From a virus, in the IMG/VR virus record IMGVR_UViG_3300037483_001116, positions 64,001 through 128,000 of that record: a stretch of DNA of 64,000 nt; one strand, given 5' to 3'. How positions within the stretch are numbered: the stretch's first letter is position 1; every line of letters begins with the position of its first letter. Both the position numbers and the translations under genes were made by a program. Shown here piece by piece: positions 7,379 through 16,549 of this stretch. Below the pieces are notes generated by a model that was given only the letters and a program-made list of their open reading frames with translations, was not told the DNA's origin and did not search any database.

Positions 7379-7553
7379 CCGGTTGTGCGATTCTGTCCCG
7401 AACATGCTGTTACCTCCGACTAGGCGGCTCATCTGGAGCCTGTCACATTGTGGTGGCCTTCCGCAAGGATGTTCGTTCCTGTGTTGTCCGGCCTGACACG
7501 AGAACCGTACCCGTACCCAGGGGTGTGGGTCAAGGGGTTTGGTTCAAGATCTT

Positions 7554-7940
7554 CTACTCGCAGGCGACCCCGTCGCTGTCCCCGTCCCGGTACCAGCCGT
7601 ACTCCCCGTCCACCCCCTTGACGTACGGCCCGAGCCCATGCTGCTTGACCTCGGCACAGGTGGCATACCGAGGGTCCATCTGGTCTGGATGCGGGGCTAC
7701 CACGGGAGCCGGCGGGGCTGTGGTGGGTGTCGGCGGCATGGTGGTTGGCGCAACGGTCGCTGACGCAGGGGCCGGTGAGGATGTAGCTGACGACTCCGAG
7801 GCGACGACGCCGGAGATTGTTGGTATGACCTTGTCCTGGCCGGAGCCGAAGACCTTGGCCGCGCAGCAGCAAACGAGGACCAACGCCACGGCGACGCCCA
7901 GAGCGATGAGCCAGGGCCGGATCGATGGATTCAGCTTCAC
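7554..7940 (-). CDS. membrane-anchored Excalibur calcium-binding domain protein
   Basis: N-terminal TM helix; Pro/Thr linker; YATCAEV...YRDGDSDGVACE. Confidence 0.85.
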   Translation of the reverse strand: MKLNPSIRPWLIALGVAVALVLVCCCAAKVFGSGQDKVIPTISGVVASESSATSSPAPASATVAPTTMPPTPTTAPPAPVVAPHPDQMDPRYATCAEVKQHGLGPYVKGVDGEYGWYRDGDSDGVACE

Positions 7941-7949
7941 GTCGACAGG

Positions 7950-8156
7950 CTAGCGCGGCTTGGCCGGATCGTTCGAGGTAGCCCACACCAGGGCGCCCGT
8001 GCCGACGGCGGCGATGGCCCCAAGCGCAATCTCCCACACGGTGATATGCCCGTCGGCCAGGGCCGCGGTAATAGCTACGCCTAAAGAACCAGTGACGGCG
8101 ACAACGGCCTTAGCGATTGTCGGGCCTTGATCCAGGGGTTGTGTCATAGCTTCCAT
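7950..8156 (-). CDS. small two-TM membrane protein (holin-like)
   Basis: AKAVVAV...ALADGHITVWEIALGAIAAVGTGALVWATSN. Confidence 0.7.
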   Translation of the reverse strand: MEAMTQPLDQGPTIAKAVVAVTGSLGVAITAALADGHITVWEIALGAIAAVGTGALVWATSNDPAKPR

Positions 8157-8179
8157 TGTGCCCTGAAGATCGTGAACAC

Positions 8180-8214
8180 AAAAGGGCCCCGGAGCCGAAG
8201 CTCCAGGGCCCTTT
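8180..8214 (-). terminator. intrinsic terminator (possibly bidirectional)
   Basis: AAAGGGCCC-ggagc..gctcc-GGGCCCTTT hairpin with a U-tract on the minus strand. Confidence 0.75.
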
Positions 8215-8223
8215 CCGAGCGAC

Positions 8224-8349
8224 TTAGCGACCAGTGGTGGTCGCCGACGGAACGATGCTGAGGATCTGGAAGATCCACGGCTTGAATAGAACGATCAGAG
8301 CTATGGCTCCAATGATGGCCAGGACAGTTTTGACGTTCATCGGGGTCAT
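8224..8349 (-). CDS. small membrane peptide (41 aa, not in the ORF track)
   Basis: MTPMNVKTVLAIIGAIALIVLFKPWIFQILSIVPSATTTGR; AAAGGA RBS. Confidence 0.6.
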   Translation of the reverse strand: MTPMNVKTVLAIIGAIALIVLFKPWIFQILSIVPSATTTGR

Positions 8350-8383
8350 CATCCTTTGTCGTTGTTGTCGAACGCCGACAACC

Positions 8384-9997
8384 TCAGTCCTTGTGAGTCC
8401 AAGGCCACTCGGCTCGCTGTCCCGATTCGATCATCGGGATCATAGCGAAAGTTGCATCCGTCAATCCCGCGAGCTGGTGCCGGGTGCTGGAGGTGTCCAA
8501 CATAGCCGGTGCGTAACCCGCAAGATTGAGTGAATAGATCGGAACTGATGTCGGGATCTGGGATCCGACGTCGCCCTGCCAGTAGCCCCGGCCGGGCCCG
8601 AAGGTTTGCTCATCGGTGAAGATGGCAACCCGGTCGTGGCCCTTGAAGGTGGCCTTCAAGGCCGCCGCGGTGTGGGTGCCACCGCCGCGGACTTTTCGGT
8701 TGAACTCTTCCACCGACCGTAGAACGCTAGCGCCCTTCCGATGCTTGTGCTCCCAGACAGTGTCGTCGAACCCATACAGGTCCACCTGCTCGCCCTTGTT
8801 CGCCAAGGCGACACCGAACAGGGCCGCAGCGTGCAGAATCTGGATCTTCGACTCCTTGGACAGAGTCTTGCCGACCATCGACCCAGACGTGTCGATCAGC
8901 ACCAAGGTGCGATGCCGCCACGCCGGGATGTTGGCCGTCGAATACTGCAGCGCGGTCTCCAGGGCCTGCACCCACTGTGACCCTTGGGCGTACAGGTATG
9001 CCGTCAGGAACCGGAACGGCAACTGCCGCGAGTTCATGACGCCGGTCTGGCTTTCCAACCGCTCGCAGACCAGCCTGGTGGCCTCGCGCGAGATGCCGGC
9101 CTCCTGGAGGTTGCGCAGGTTCTTCAGCAATGCGCCGAAGCCCATGACTGGGATCAGGTTCTCCCAGACGTCGGCGGTCATGGCACCCCACGAGGAGGCC
9201 TGCTCCCACGTGATGCCGGCAGCCCGCAGAATCTCCTCCGAGTCGTCGCCGAACATCAGGTCCCGCTTCGCCCTGTCCGGCAGGGCCAGGATCGCCGCCC
9301 GCTTCTGCAGCATAGGCAGCTCTTCCGGGATCGGCGTCTTCGAGTCTCGCCGCGAATCCAGGATGTACTTGAACAGCGCCGACTGGGCGAACGACTTCGG
9401 CTCCGGGTGGCACAACTCGATCACGTCAGCCATGGTGACGGCCTTGTCGCCGCCGTTCCACTTGATCAGGGCGTATTCGTTGTACTTGGCCCGTGCCGCG
9501 TCCCCGAATCCACGCCGGATACCGGCTGGAATCTTGCGGCCGTAGGTGGCCAGCCAGTAGGCCAAGCCGTCGGCGACTTCGTCAGGCCGGGCGACCATGT
9601 AGAAGTCGCGCAGCAGCTGACGGGAAGGTCCGGCGGCCGAGCCTGGCTGACCGGCGGCCAGCATCGTCTTCGCGGCTTCGACGGCGGCGACGACCGCGGC
9701 GGTGCGGATGTTGGCCTTGTCCCGCAGCCAGGGGATGAACTCCAGAATCCAGGCCGGGTCCTCGGCGGCAACGGTCCGGACCAGAGTGGCGAGACGCGCA
9801 TTGCGGTCGTTGGCCTTCTCGTGGAAAGTCTCTTCGCCGTAGAAGGTAGACACGGCCAGGAGGAACAGGTCTGACTTGGCGTCACGGCTGTACGCCGGGG
9901 CACCTAAGTAGGTCTTGGTGTCCTGGGCGACAGTACGTAACGGAGAGCCGGCGTTGGGTGTGGCCGTCTTGGTGCCGCGCTTGTTGACGGTGGCCAT
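8384..9997 (-). CDS. Ro60/Rsr-like TROVE + vWA RNA-binding protein
   Basis: TROVE motifs DLFLLAV..EETFHE, ALLKNLRNL, SRQLPFRFLTAY; vWA LVLIDTSGSM, GGGT, FTDEQ; GGAGGG RBS. Confidence 0.95.
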   Translation of the reverse strand: MATVNKRGTKTATPNAGSPLRTVAQDTKTYLGAPAYSRDAKSDLFLLAVSTFYGEETFHEKANDRNARLATLVRTVAAEDPAWILEFIPWLRDKANIRTAAVVAAVEAAKTMLAAGQPGSAAGPSRQLLRDFYMVARPDEVADGLAYWLATYGRKIPAGIRRGFGDAARAKYNEYALIKWNGGDKAVTMADVIELCHPEPKSFAQSALFKYILDSRRDSKTPIPEELPMLQKRAAILALPDRAKRDLMFGDDSEEILRAAGITWEQASSWGAMTADVWENLIPVMGFGALLKNLRNLQEAGISREATRLVCERLESQTGVMNSRQLPFRFLTAYLYAQGSQWVQALETALQYSTANIPAWRHRTLVLIDTSGSMVGKTLSKESKIQILHAAALFGVALANKGEQVDLYGFDDTVWEHKHRKGASVLRSVEEFNRKVRGGGTHTAAALKATFKGHDRVAIFTDEQTFGPGRGYWQGDVGSQIPTSVPIYSLNLAGYAPAMLDTSSTRHQLAGLTDATFAMIPMIESGQRAEWPWTHKD

Positions 9998-10025
9998 GTC
10001 TTTCTCCCTCCAGGGGCAAACGAAG

Positions 10026-10062
10026 GCAGGGGCGGATCCTCGTCAGAGAATCCGCCCCCTGC
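10026..10062. other. GC-rich hairpin between the Y-RNA array and Ro60
   Basis: GCAGGGGCGGAT...ATCCGCCCCCTGC. Confidence 0.55.
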
Positions 10063-10076
10063 TGGGACGTTGATAC

Positions 10077-10183
10077 TGTCAGGCGACGAGGTGACCCAAG
10101 AGTCCGCACCTTTGCGGCCTAGCCAACGAGTGGCTGGGGAGGAATTGAACCTTCGAAGTATCTCGGGCCGAACAGATCTGACA
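10077..10183 (-). ncRNA. YrlA-like Y RNA (copy 5)
   Basis: TGTCAG/CTGACA terminal stem; TACTTC; permuted T arm (GG-TTCAATT-CC), loop-closed acceptor and D arm. Confidence 0.75.
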
Positions 10184-10194
10184 ACGAAGCTAAG

Positions 10195-10280
10195 GCTGGC
10201 ACGGGCAACAAGGGTGGGGCAACGCGATTTGGTCAAATTTGCAATTTGAAGTAGCGCTACTCCGGCGGATCCGTGCCAGC
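10195..10280 (-). ncRNA. Y-RNA-like (copy 4), without T/D arms
   Basis: GCTGGCACGG/CCGTGCCAGC stem; GATCCG..GCTACTTC..GTTGC; hairpin TCAAA-TTGCAAA-TTTGA. Confidence 0.7.
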
Positions 10281-10380
10281 GATCTTGAAGCAGGCCCATG
10301 TCCTGCAATGGGGTGTGGCTAGTCGGGCGGGGAAGGGTAAGGCCCGGAGTGGGCTGGTCGGGGATGGCCAGTCGATGGGT

Positions 10381-10443
10381 CGCCAGACAACTAGACGGCT
10401 TTTATCCCATTGATGAAGTAGCCCGAACCAAACGGACCTGGCG
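10381..10443 (-). ncRNA. minimal Y-RNA-like (copy 3)
   Basis: CGCCAGGTCCG...GCTACTTC...GTTGTCTGGCG. Confidence 0.7.
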
Positions 10444-10501
10444 CCCCGTTCGTGATCAAAACCTTGCCGGTCCCGGAGGACGACAAGGAGCAATATATTG
10501 C

Positions 10502-10635
10502 CCACCAGGCAACAAATCGGCGCGAGGTATAGAGTTCTACCAATTAAACTACATCGCCATAGCGGCGACGCCGGGACTCGAACCCGGGCCTCTTCATTAA
10601 CAGTGAAGTAACCCCATCGCCAGCGGATCTGGTGG
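10502..10635 (-). ncRNA. YrlA-like Y RNA (copy 2) with a permuted tRNA-Asn-like domain
   Basis: CCACCAGATCCG/GTTGCCTGGTGG; CTTCA-CTGTTAA-TGAAG; T arm CCGGG-TTCGAGT-CCCGG; closed acceptor; D arm. Confidence 0.88.
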
Positions 10636-10644
10636 AAAGCTGTG

Positions 10645-10790
10645 TGTCGCCAGGCAACGTTTCGACTGAGGCAACGTTACGCGCTCTAGCCAGGCTGAGC
10701 TATACGGACATGGGTGCCCGCACCTGGATTTGAACCAGGGACCTCGCCCTCCGCATGGAAGTAGCCCCGATGTCCTCGGATCTGGCGACA
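10645..10790 (-). ncRNA. YrlA-like Y RNA (copy 1)
   Basis: TGTCGCCAGATCCGA/GTTGCCTGGCGACA; T arm CCTGG-TTCAAAT-CCAGG; acceptor TGCGGGC/GTCCGTA closed by a loop; D arm GCTC..GAGC. Confidence 0.88.
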
Positions 10791-11155
10791 AACGATCTTT
10801 AGTTGTCAGATGGTGCGGTCTGTGTGAGAACTTCTGAAACCTACCCCCGGGTCCGGGTGCCGGTCAAGGGCCTTTGTGTAGATGGGAAGCCCTTGACCGG
10901 CAACCTGGGAAACTCCGACACGAAGGTGTGATTCATGCGCCTCACCCCTTTAGAGGCTGCCTGGCACATCTCCAGGACCACGCCTCCTTCGCGTCGGGCC
11001 CGTTCCCCCAGGAACGACCAACGGAACGAACCATACCCCGACGTGGGGGTAGGGTCAAGGGCAAGGCGAGGTGAGGCTAGGCCGAATCTGGCAGGGCATG
11101 GCAGGCAGGGCAGCGGCGGGAGCGTAGGCCCCCGGTCCACCAAGGGACCGGGGGC

Positions 11156-11461
11156 CTACTGCTGTCCGAGATCAAGTAGCAGGTGCACGTGCTGGTGCAG
11201 CCAGGCACGAAGCTGGGCGTCTTCGGCCCGGTCGAAGGCGTGCAGGCTAGCCAGCGCCGGTACCAGGTAATGCCTCTTCGGGGCGAAGACCGGCCGCCTG
11301 CGCCACAGCTCGTGGCGACGTTCCACGTGCAGCCGCACCGTTCTCCGGCCGGCGCGGTACACCTTGCCGACGTACACGCACCAGATCCCAGGCCCCACGT
11401 GGCAGGCGGGGCACTCGACTTCCAGGGACTCTTCGTCGTCGTGCCGCCAGTATTGCCGCAT
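11156..11461 (-). CDS. zinc-finger-like protein
   Basis: LEVECPACHVGPGIWC...LHVERR (CxxC-C-H). Confidence 0.7.
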   Translation of the reverse strand: MRQYWRHDDEESLEVECPACHVGPGIWCVYVGKVYRAGRRTVRLHVERRHELWRRRPVFAPKRHYLVPALASLHAFDRAEDAQLRAWLHQHVHLLLDLGQQ

Positions 11462-11573
11462 ACCCGCGAGGCTAGCACCCCCACCTAGGGGTCATTGATT
11501 TGTATCTGTATCCCCTCGTGGGGGTACGCAATTCGCCACGGGTGAACTATCCTTATTCCCCCCTCTTGCCATT

Positions 11574-11885
11574 ATGATTCTCGGCATGATAGTGGGCACC
11601 TTTCTGCTGGTCACGCTCGCCGTAGCGCGCGGGACCCTGCTGGTGACCAGCGACCGAATCATGCTGCCTTTCCGCCGCTGGGTAGTCAACCGCTCCGGCG
11701 AGGAATCTCTCTGGGCCTACTGGGTGCACTGTGTCCGTTGCACCTCGATCTGGATTGCGCTGCCGGGGGCCGCATTCTGGGCCGGATTCACCCTGCCGTG
11801 GAAGTCCTGGTGGCTGATTCTGCCGGCCTGGTTCGCCATGTCCTACCTGACAATCCTGGCGTCCCGACTGGAGGAGAAGGAGTGA
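11574..11885 (+). CDS. membrane protein (DUF1360-like)
   Basis: AVARGTLLVTSDRIMLPFR...WVHCVRCTSIW; hydrophobic helices. Confidence 0.75.
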   Translation: MILGMIVGTFLLVTLAVARGTLLVTSDRIMLPFRRWVVNRSGEESLWAYWVHCVRCTSIWIALPGAAFWAGFTLPWKSWWLILPAWFAMSYLTILASRLEEKE

Positions 11886-12008
11886 GCCGACTGGTTTACG
11901 CCTCCACCGACAAGCGCAGGGCGCGTGCCAAGACAAAAAACCGTACGCCCTGGACCTTGTGCTACGGGGGACGGCGTGACCGCGAACGACGGAAGGCGGC
12001 GGCTTTAG

Positions 12009-13985
12009 ATGGCCTTCGGTAGAAAAGCGGCAATCACAGCCTCAGCGGCTCCAATAGCCGGTTCCGTGCCCCAAAAAAAGTCTCTGATTGCATCGGCCCT
12101 GCGCTTTAGGTTTGACGATGCCAGTTATCACTCTTACAGGTTCAGAGACGAAGCATGGCAAAGAGAGCTCTGGCGATTGTGGCGCTGTACTCCGGAGCTT
12201 CATTTTGCCGCTAGCTGGGTCGGACAATGCTGTTCCAGGGTCCGAATCTATGTCGCTGATGTTGATGAATTGGGCCGGGTTCAGGGCGAGACGAAGAATA
12301 AGCAGATTCAGTCGTTAAGCGACAAGCTGCTGGGTGGTCCGTCCTCTAAGGCTGAGCATTTGCGCATGATGGGCATTGACCTCAGCGTTTCTGGCGAGTG
12401 CTATATCATCGGCAATCCTGGCGATGCGGTAGGCCCCGATAAGTGGTACATCGTGACGCCTACGGAGTTCCGGCGGATCCGTGGCAGCAACGGCGAATGG
12501 GACTGGGCTTGGGGCCCTAAGGGTAATCCCATGAAGCTCGACCTGGAGAAGCAGGTCGTTACCAGGGTGTGGAAGCCGGATCCGGAACGTGTCTGGTGTG
12601 CTGACTCGCCAGCCAGGGCTTGTTCTTTGATTCTTCGGGAACTAGAACAGTTAACCAAGCTGGTCGCCGCCGAGATTGATTCCCGGCTCATTGGCAACGG
12701 TCTGCTCATCATCCCCAACGACCTGGATTTGCCGCAGGAAGAAAACACCACCAACAACGCCGACTCTTTGATGATCCGTATGGCCACTGCGGGTGCCCAG
12801 GGCCTCAAAGGTGAAGGCTCAGCACTGGGTGTTTTACCACAGATCATTGAAGCCCCCGATCCGGACCGGTTCCGGCATTTGACCTTGTCGACGGAGCTGT
12901 CGAAAACGGCTCACGAGCTGCGCAAGGAATGCATCGAACGGCTTGGCGTCGGCATGGACATGCCGCCCGAGGTGCTGTCCGGAACTGGCGATAGCAATCA
13001 CTGGAACTCGTACCTGATCGAGGGCCAGGGAATCAAGACCCATATTGAACCTCTGATGAATCTGATCTGTCAAGCCCTGACAGAAGCGTATCTGTATCCA
13101 GCGCTGGTCCTCATGGGCAAGGATCCCAGCCGCTACACCTACGCCTTTGACACGTCGCCGCTGATCGTCCGGCCGCAGCGACTGCAGGACGCATTGAACC
13201 TGTACGAGAAGGATCTGATCAACGCCCAGGCCGTCCGTGAAGCCGGGTTCTTCCGCGAAACCGACGCCCCCACGGTCCAGGAATCTGCCGGCCGGAAAAC
13301 GTACGAGGTCCTTCTCCGCGATCCGCAGCTATTCCAGAACCAGAACGTACGCGAAGCGGTCGGCATCCCCGAGTCGGTCATTTCGCAGTTGTCGATGGTG
13401 GCGCCGACCGCCCAGTCGATCGGCATGGGTCCCGGGGGTAGCCCCGGTGGTGGCGGTAGCGGACCGCCGCCGCCGATGCCGCCGCCCACCGGTATTCAGT
13501 CGGAGTTGCCGCCTCCGATCCCGGACACGTTGGGCAAGGTGGGCGCCCCGCCGACCCAGCCGGGTGGACCGATCGGCCGGCCGCCGGACAACAGCCCCCC
13601 GCCGACGGGTCTGACCGCTTCGGCGATGACGACGCAGCAGATGGGCGTCGTGGTCCTGGCCGAGGCCACTGTCCGGCGGGCCCTCGAACTGGCCGGGAAG
13701 CAGCTGTTGGACAGGAACAACCGCAACCGCTGGCCCGACGTCCCAGCCCACGAGCTGCACACCCGCATCACCGTCGAGGACGCGGCGAGGGCCAACCGGC
13801 TGTTGCTGCGGGCCTGGACGCAGCTGGCCAGCTTGGTGGCCGTGGTCGACGAGGAGTTCGACGTCAACCCGTTGGAGAAGAGCCTGCACAAGTACTGCGC
13901 CAACCTGCTGGTCCGGGGCGTGGCGCATCAGCCCCCGATGCTGCTGAGCGCCTTGATTCAGGACGGCGTGATTCATGGGCGCTAG
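12009..13985 (+). CDS. portal protein
   Basis: WQRELW..PELHFAASW..CSRVRIY; SRLIGNGLLIIP; GMDMPPEVLSG..SNHW; first large gene of the head module. Confidence 0.85.
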   Translation: MAFGRKAAITASAAPIAGSVPQKKSLIASALRFRFDDASYHSYRFRDEAWQRELWRLWRCTPELHFAASWVGQCCSRVRIYVADVDELGRVQGETKNKQIQSLSDKLLGGPSSKAEHLRMMGIDLSVSGECYIIGNPGDAVGPDKWYIVTPTEFRRIRGSNGEWDWAWGPKGNPMKLDLEKQVVTRVWKPDPERVWCADSPARACSLILRELEQLTKLVAAEIDSRLIGNGLLIIPNDLDLPQEENTTNNADSLMIRMATAGAQGLKGEGSALGVLPQIIEAPDPDRFRHLTLSTELSKTAHELRKECIERLGVGMDMPPEVLSGTGDSNHWNSYLIEGQGIKTHIEPLMNLICQALTEAYLYPALVLMGKDPSRYTYAFDTSPLIVRPQRLQDALNLYEKDLINAQAVREAGFFRETDAPTVQESAGRKTYEVLLRDPQLFQNQNVREAVGIPESVISQLSMVAPTAQSIGMGPGGSPGGGGSGPPPPMPPPTGIQSELPPPIPDTLGKVGAPPTQPGGPIGRPPDNSPPPTGLTASAMTTQQMGVVVLAEATVRRALELAGKQLLDRNNRNRWPDVPAHELHTRITVEDAARANRLLLRAWTQLASLVAVVDEEFDVNPLEKSLHKYCANLLVRGVAHQPPMLLSALIQDGVIHGR

Positions 13986-14709
13986 CCGCGGTGCGGAAGA
14001 CGGAGTGTTCCGGGCAGCCAAGGAAGGGCTGGTCCGGTGGCTTGGTCGTGCCCGCGAGGCGGTGATGGCGCCGTGGCGGCAATTCGGGGCGACGCCAAAT
14101 CCGCAGGCTATTGCCTCGACGGTGCCGTTGTGGCAGGCGCAGGTCGACAGGATTCTGCCGGCGTTGACTCCGGCGCAGCGGGAAGGGTGGGCCGCGGCGC
14201 ACCTGCCTGGCGACTTTGAGCCCAATGACCCGTTCATTCAGGCCAACCTGGCTCTTACGCACAATCTGCTGGTGCGGATTCCGGACGAGGTTCATGCCAT
14301 GGTGGTCGGCGCCATTTTGGAAGGGGCCCAGAAGGCGGAGTCAACGGAGCAGATCGCGAACCGGGTCGACGACATCCTGACCTATACCGGGTCCGAGAAT
14401 TGGGAATCCAGGGCCCGAACGATTGCCCAGACGGAGTCAAATAGGCACTACTCGGGTTCCATGCTGGCCCATGGACTTCTACGCGAGCAGATGGGGGACG
14501 CATCGCTCACCAAGCGGTGGGACACCCGGATGGATGGCAAGGAACGGGACTGGCACAAGGATGCTAACGGCGACGTCAAGCTCTTGAAACAACCTTTCAT
14601 AGTCGGCGGCGAGGGGCTGCTGTTCCCCGGCGATCCCACCGGCAAGCCATCGAATGTTATCAATTGCCGGTGTGAACTTCGGCTCCTGAAGAATGGCGGG
14701 TTGCAATGA
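13975..14709 (+). CDS. minor head protein (MuF/SPP1 gp7-like)
   Basis: RARTIAQTE; KRWDTRMDGKERDWH; FPGDP..NVINCRC. Confidence 0.9.
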   Translation: MGASRGAEDGVFRAAKEGLVRWLGRAREAVMAPWRQFGATPNPQAIASTVPLWQAQVDRILPALTPAQREGWAAAHLPGDFEPNDPFIQANLALTHNLLVRIPDEVHAMVVGAILEGAQKAESTEQIANRVDDILTYTGSENWESRARTIAQTESNRHYSGSMLAHGLLREQMGDASLTKRWDTRMDGKERDWHKDANGDVKLLKQPFIVGGEGLLFPGDPTGKPSNVINCRCELRLLKNGGLQ

Positions 14710-15902
14710 CAGTACGCTTCCGTGGCCTCCTGGCTCCAACGGAGGTCCCCACTGGCGATGGCCGCATGTTCGCCTCTGGAAAGTTAACCAGTCGCCCGAT
14801 GCCGATTCCGCTGATGGTGCGGTTCGGGTCCGGCGGCCACGACGGCGCCACAGTGGTTGGAAAAGTCAACCGGATCTATGACGGCCCGGGTGGCTATTGG
14901 GGTGAAGGAGAATTTCTTGACCCCACGATGGTGCCGGAAGTTCCCAAAGCGATCTACATGCTGAACAATAAGGTCATGGGCCCGTCGGTGGACTTAGACC
15001 GGGACTTCACTGTTGAGGCAGTGAAGCACCCGACTCGTGCCGACAAGAAAGCCGGATTATTCAAGGAGTACAACGTTATTGGCGTGACGTTGGTACCCAT
15101 GCCGGCGTTCCATCAGGTGCACATGGCGATCGACAACGATGACGACAAGGCCCTCGTCGCTTCCGTGTTGCCCGAAATGGACATGTCCGATTGGCACCCT
15201 TTTGCGGTGAACGGGGACAGCTGGAAGCAGTGGCCGCTGGCCCCCAGGGACTACAAGTTCGACGCCGACGATGCCGTGAAGCGGATCGCATTCTGGTCTG
15301 GCATCGGGTCGAAGGAGCCGAACCTGAACGGCTACGCGTCGGCGTTCCTGTGGCGCAACGGCAACCAGGTCGGCGACAGCCTGGCCCAGGACTCGTTCCG
15401 GCTGCCCCTGGCGGACGTCATCAATGGCGAACTGCATCTGATCTACCACGCGGCGTACGCCGCGGCAGCCCTACTGTCTGGCGCCCATGGCGGCCTGCCG
15501 AACATCCCGGAGGAAGACAAGCAGGCCATGGTGCCGGTCCTCAACGAGGTCTACGCGGCCTGCGCTGAGGCCTTCGGGGATCCGAACCTGGTCTCACCGT
15601 TCATGCGGGACCGGGAAGGCGCCAAGCCCCAGTATTCGGTCACGTTCCAGGACGAAGACTGTGGCTGCGACGACCTCCAGTCGCACGTAGAGCCGTTGAA
15701 GAGCTACAACGCAGCCAACGGCCTGCTGACCATCGTCAACTCCGACGGCACCACGACAGTGGTTCCAGTCGATAACTTCACCCTCAGCTTCGCGCCGCTG
15801 CCGCCGGACGTGCTGAAGAGTATGGGTGAAGAGAAGGAGCCGTACGACGGGGGCGGTTGCCATCTAGACGATGACGGTTTTTGCATGGCGTGTGGTTACT
15901 GA
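14706..15902 (+). CDS. capsid maturation (prohead) protease
   Basis: PTGDGR; GGHDGATVVG (His); GPSVDLD (Ser); GVTLVPMPAF. Confidence 0.8.
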   Translation: MTVRFRGLLAPTEVPTGDGRMFASGKLTSRPMPIPLMVRFGSGGHDGATVVGKVNRIYDGPGGYWGEGEFLDPTMVPEVPKAIYMLNNKVMGPSVDLDRDFTVEAVKHPTRADKKAGLFKEYNVIGVTLVPMPAFHQVHMAIDNDDDKALVASVLPEMDMSDWHPFAVNGDSWKQWPLAPRDYKFDADDAVKRIAFWSGIGSKEPNLNGYASAFLWRNGNQVGDSLAQDSFRLPLADVINGELHLIYHAAYAAAALLSGAHGGLPNIPEEDKQAMVPVLNEVYAACAEAFGDPNLVSPFMRDREGAKPQYSVTFQDEDCGCDDLQSHVEPLKSYNAANGLLTIVNSDGTTTVVPVDNFTLSFAPLPPDVLKSMGEEKEPYDGGGCHLDDDGFCMACGY

Positions 15903-16549
15903 TGGCAAAAGACTACATTGGCGCCCGCTTCGACAGACTGATTGTCGTCAGAGAGGTCGAACGGGTCAAAAATAATCGTCGCTTTGACTGTAGGTGCGAC
16001 TGCGGCAACACGACCGTGAAGTATCTTGCAAATCTGACTCAGGGCAAGTCTAGGTCATGTGGTTGTAGATGGAAGGACAGTAGCCGCAACGCCCGGGAGG
16101 CAATAGTTGCCGCCCGGCGTGAGCGTTCACAAGAGTCTGATGAGGGAAGAATTTGCCTCACATGCGATACCTGGAAGCCCTGGGCGGCGCTTGCCGGAGA
16201 TAAGAGAAGAGTGCGTGGCAAAGCGTCCAACTGCACAGAGTGTGGCAACTGGAGATCCATAAAAGCAAACTTCGGCATCACTAAAGAGCAATGGGGCTGG
16301 CTTCTTAATCAACAAGGTGGGGCTTGCGCTCTATGTCTTATGCTGCCCGCTCGTAAGCGTCGGATGAGCGTCGACCATGACCATCGGTGTTGCGGCGAGA
16401 GCCGGGCATGCCTTAATTGCATAAGAGGCCTTTTGTGTACTGACTGCAACCTCATGTTGGGGTATGCGGAGAAGTCGGAGACCAATCGTTTGCGGTTCTC
16501 GGACTACCTCAAGGTTCGTCCGTTTGTAGAGCTTGGAGAACGCCGGTGA
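15902..16549 (+). CDS. endonuclease VII-type homing endonuclease
   Basis: CRCDCG/GKSRSCGC N-terminus; QGGACALC..SVDHDH..IRGLLCTDCNLMLG; lower GC; overlaps both neighbours. Confidence 0.88.
   Translation: MAKDYIGARFDRLIVVREVERVKNNRRFDCRCDCGNTTVKYLANLTQGKSRSCGCRWKDSSRNAREAIVAARRERSQESDEGRICLTCDTWKPWAALAGDKRRVRGKASNCTECGNWRSIKANFGITKEQWGWLLNQQGGACALCLMLPARKRRMSVDHDHRCCGESRACLNCIRGLLCTDCNLMLGYAEKSETNRLRFSDYLKVRPFVELGERR

Noticed and set aside
10077-10790. CRISPR array interpretation of the repeated units
   Set aside because: Repeats are short, degenerate and form terminal stems around tRNA-like inserts; no identical direct repeats or cas genes
10841-11143. 100-aa minus-strand ORF, possibly an HNH remnant (GYGSF)
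   Set aside because: No His/Cys/Asn motifs; overlaps the pentamer tract; probably a non-coding leader
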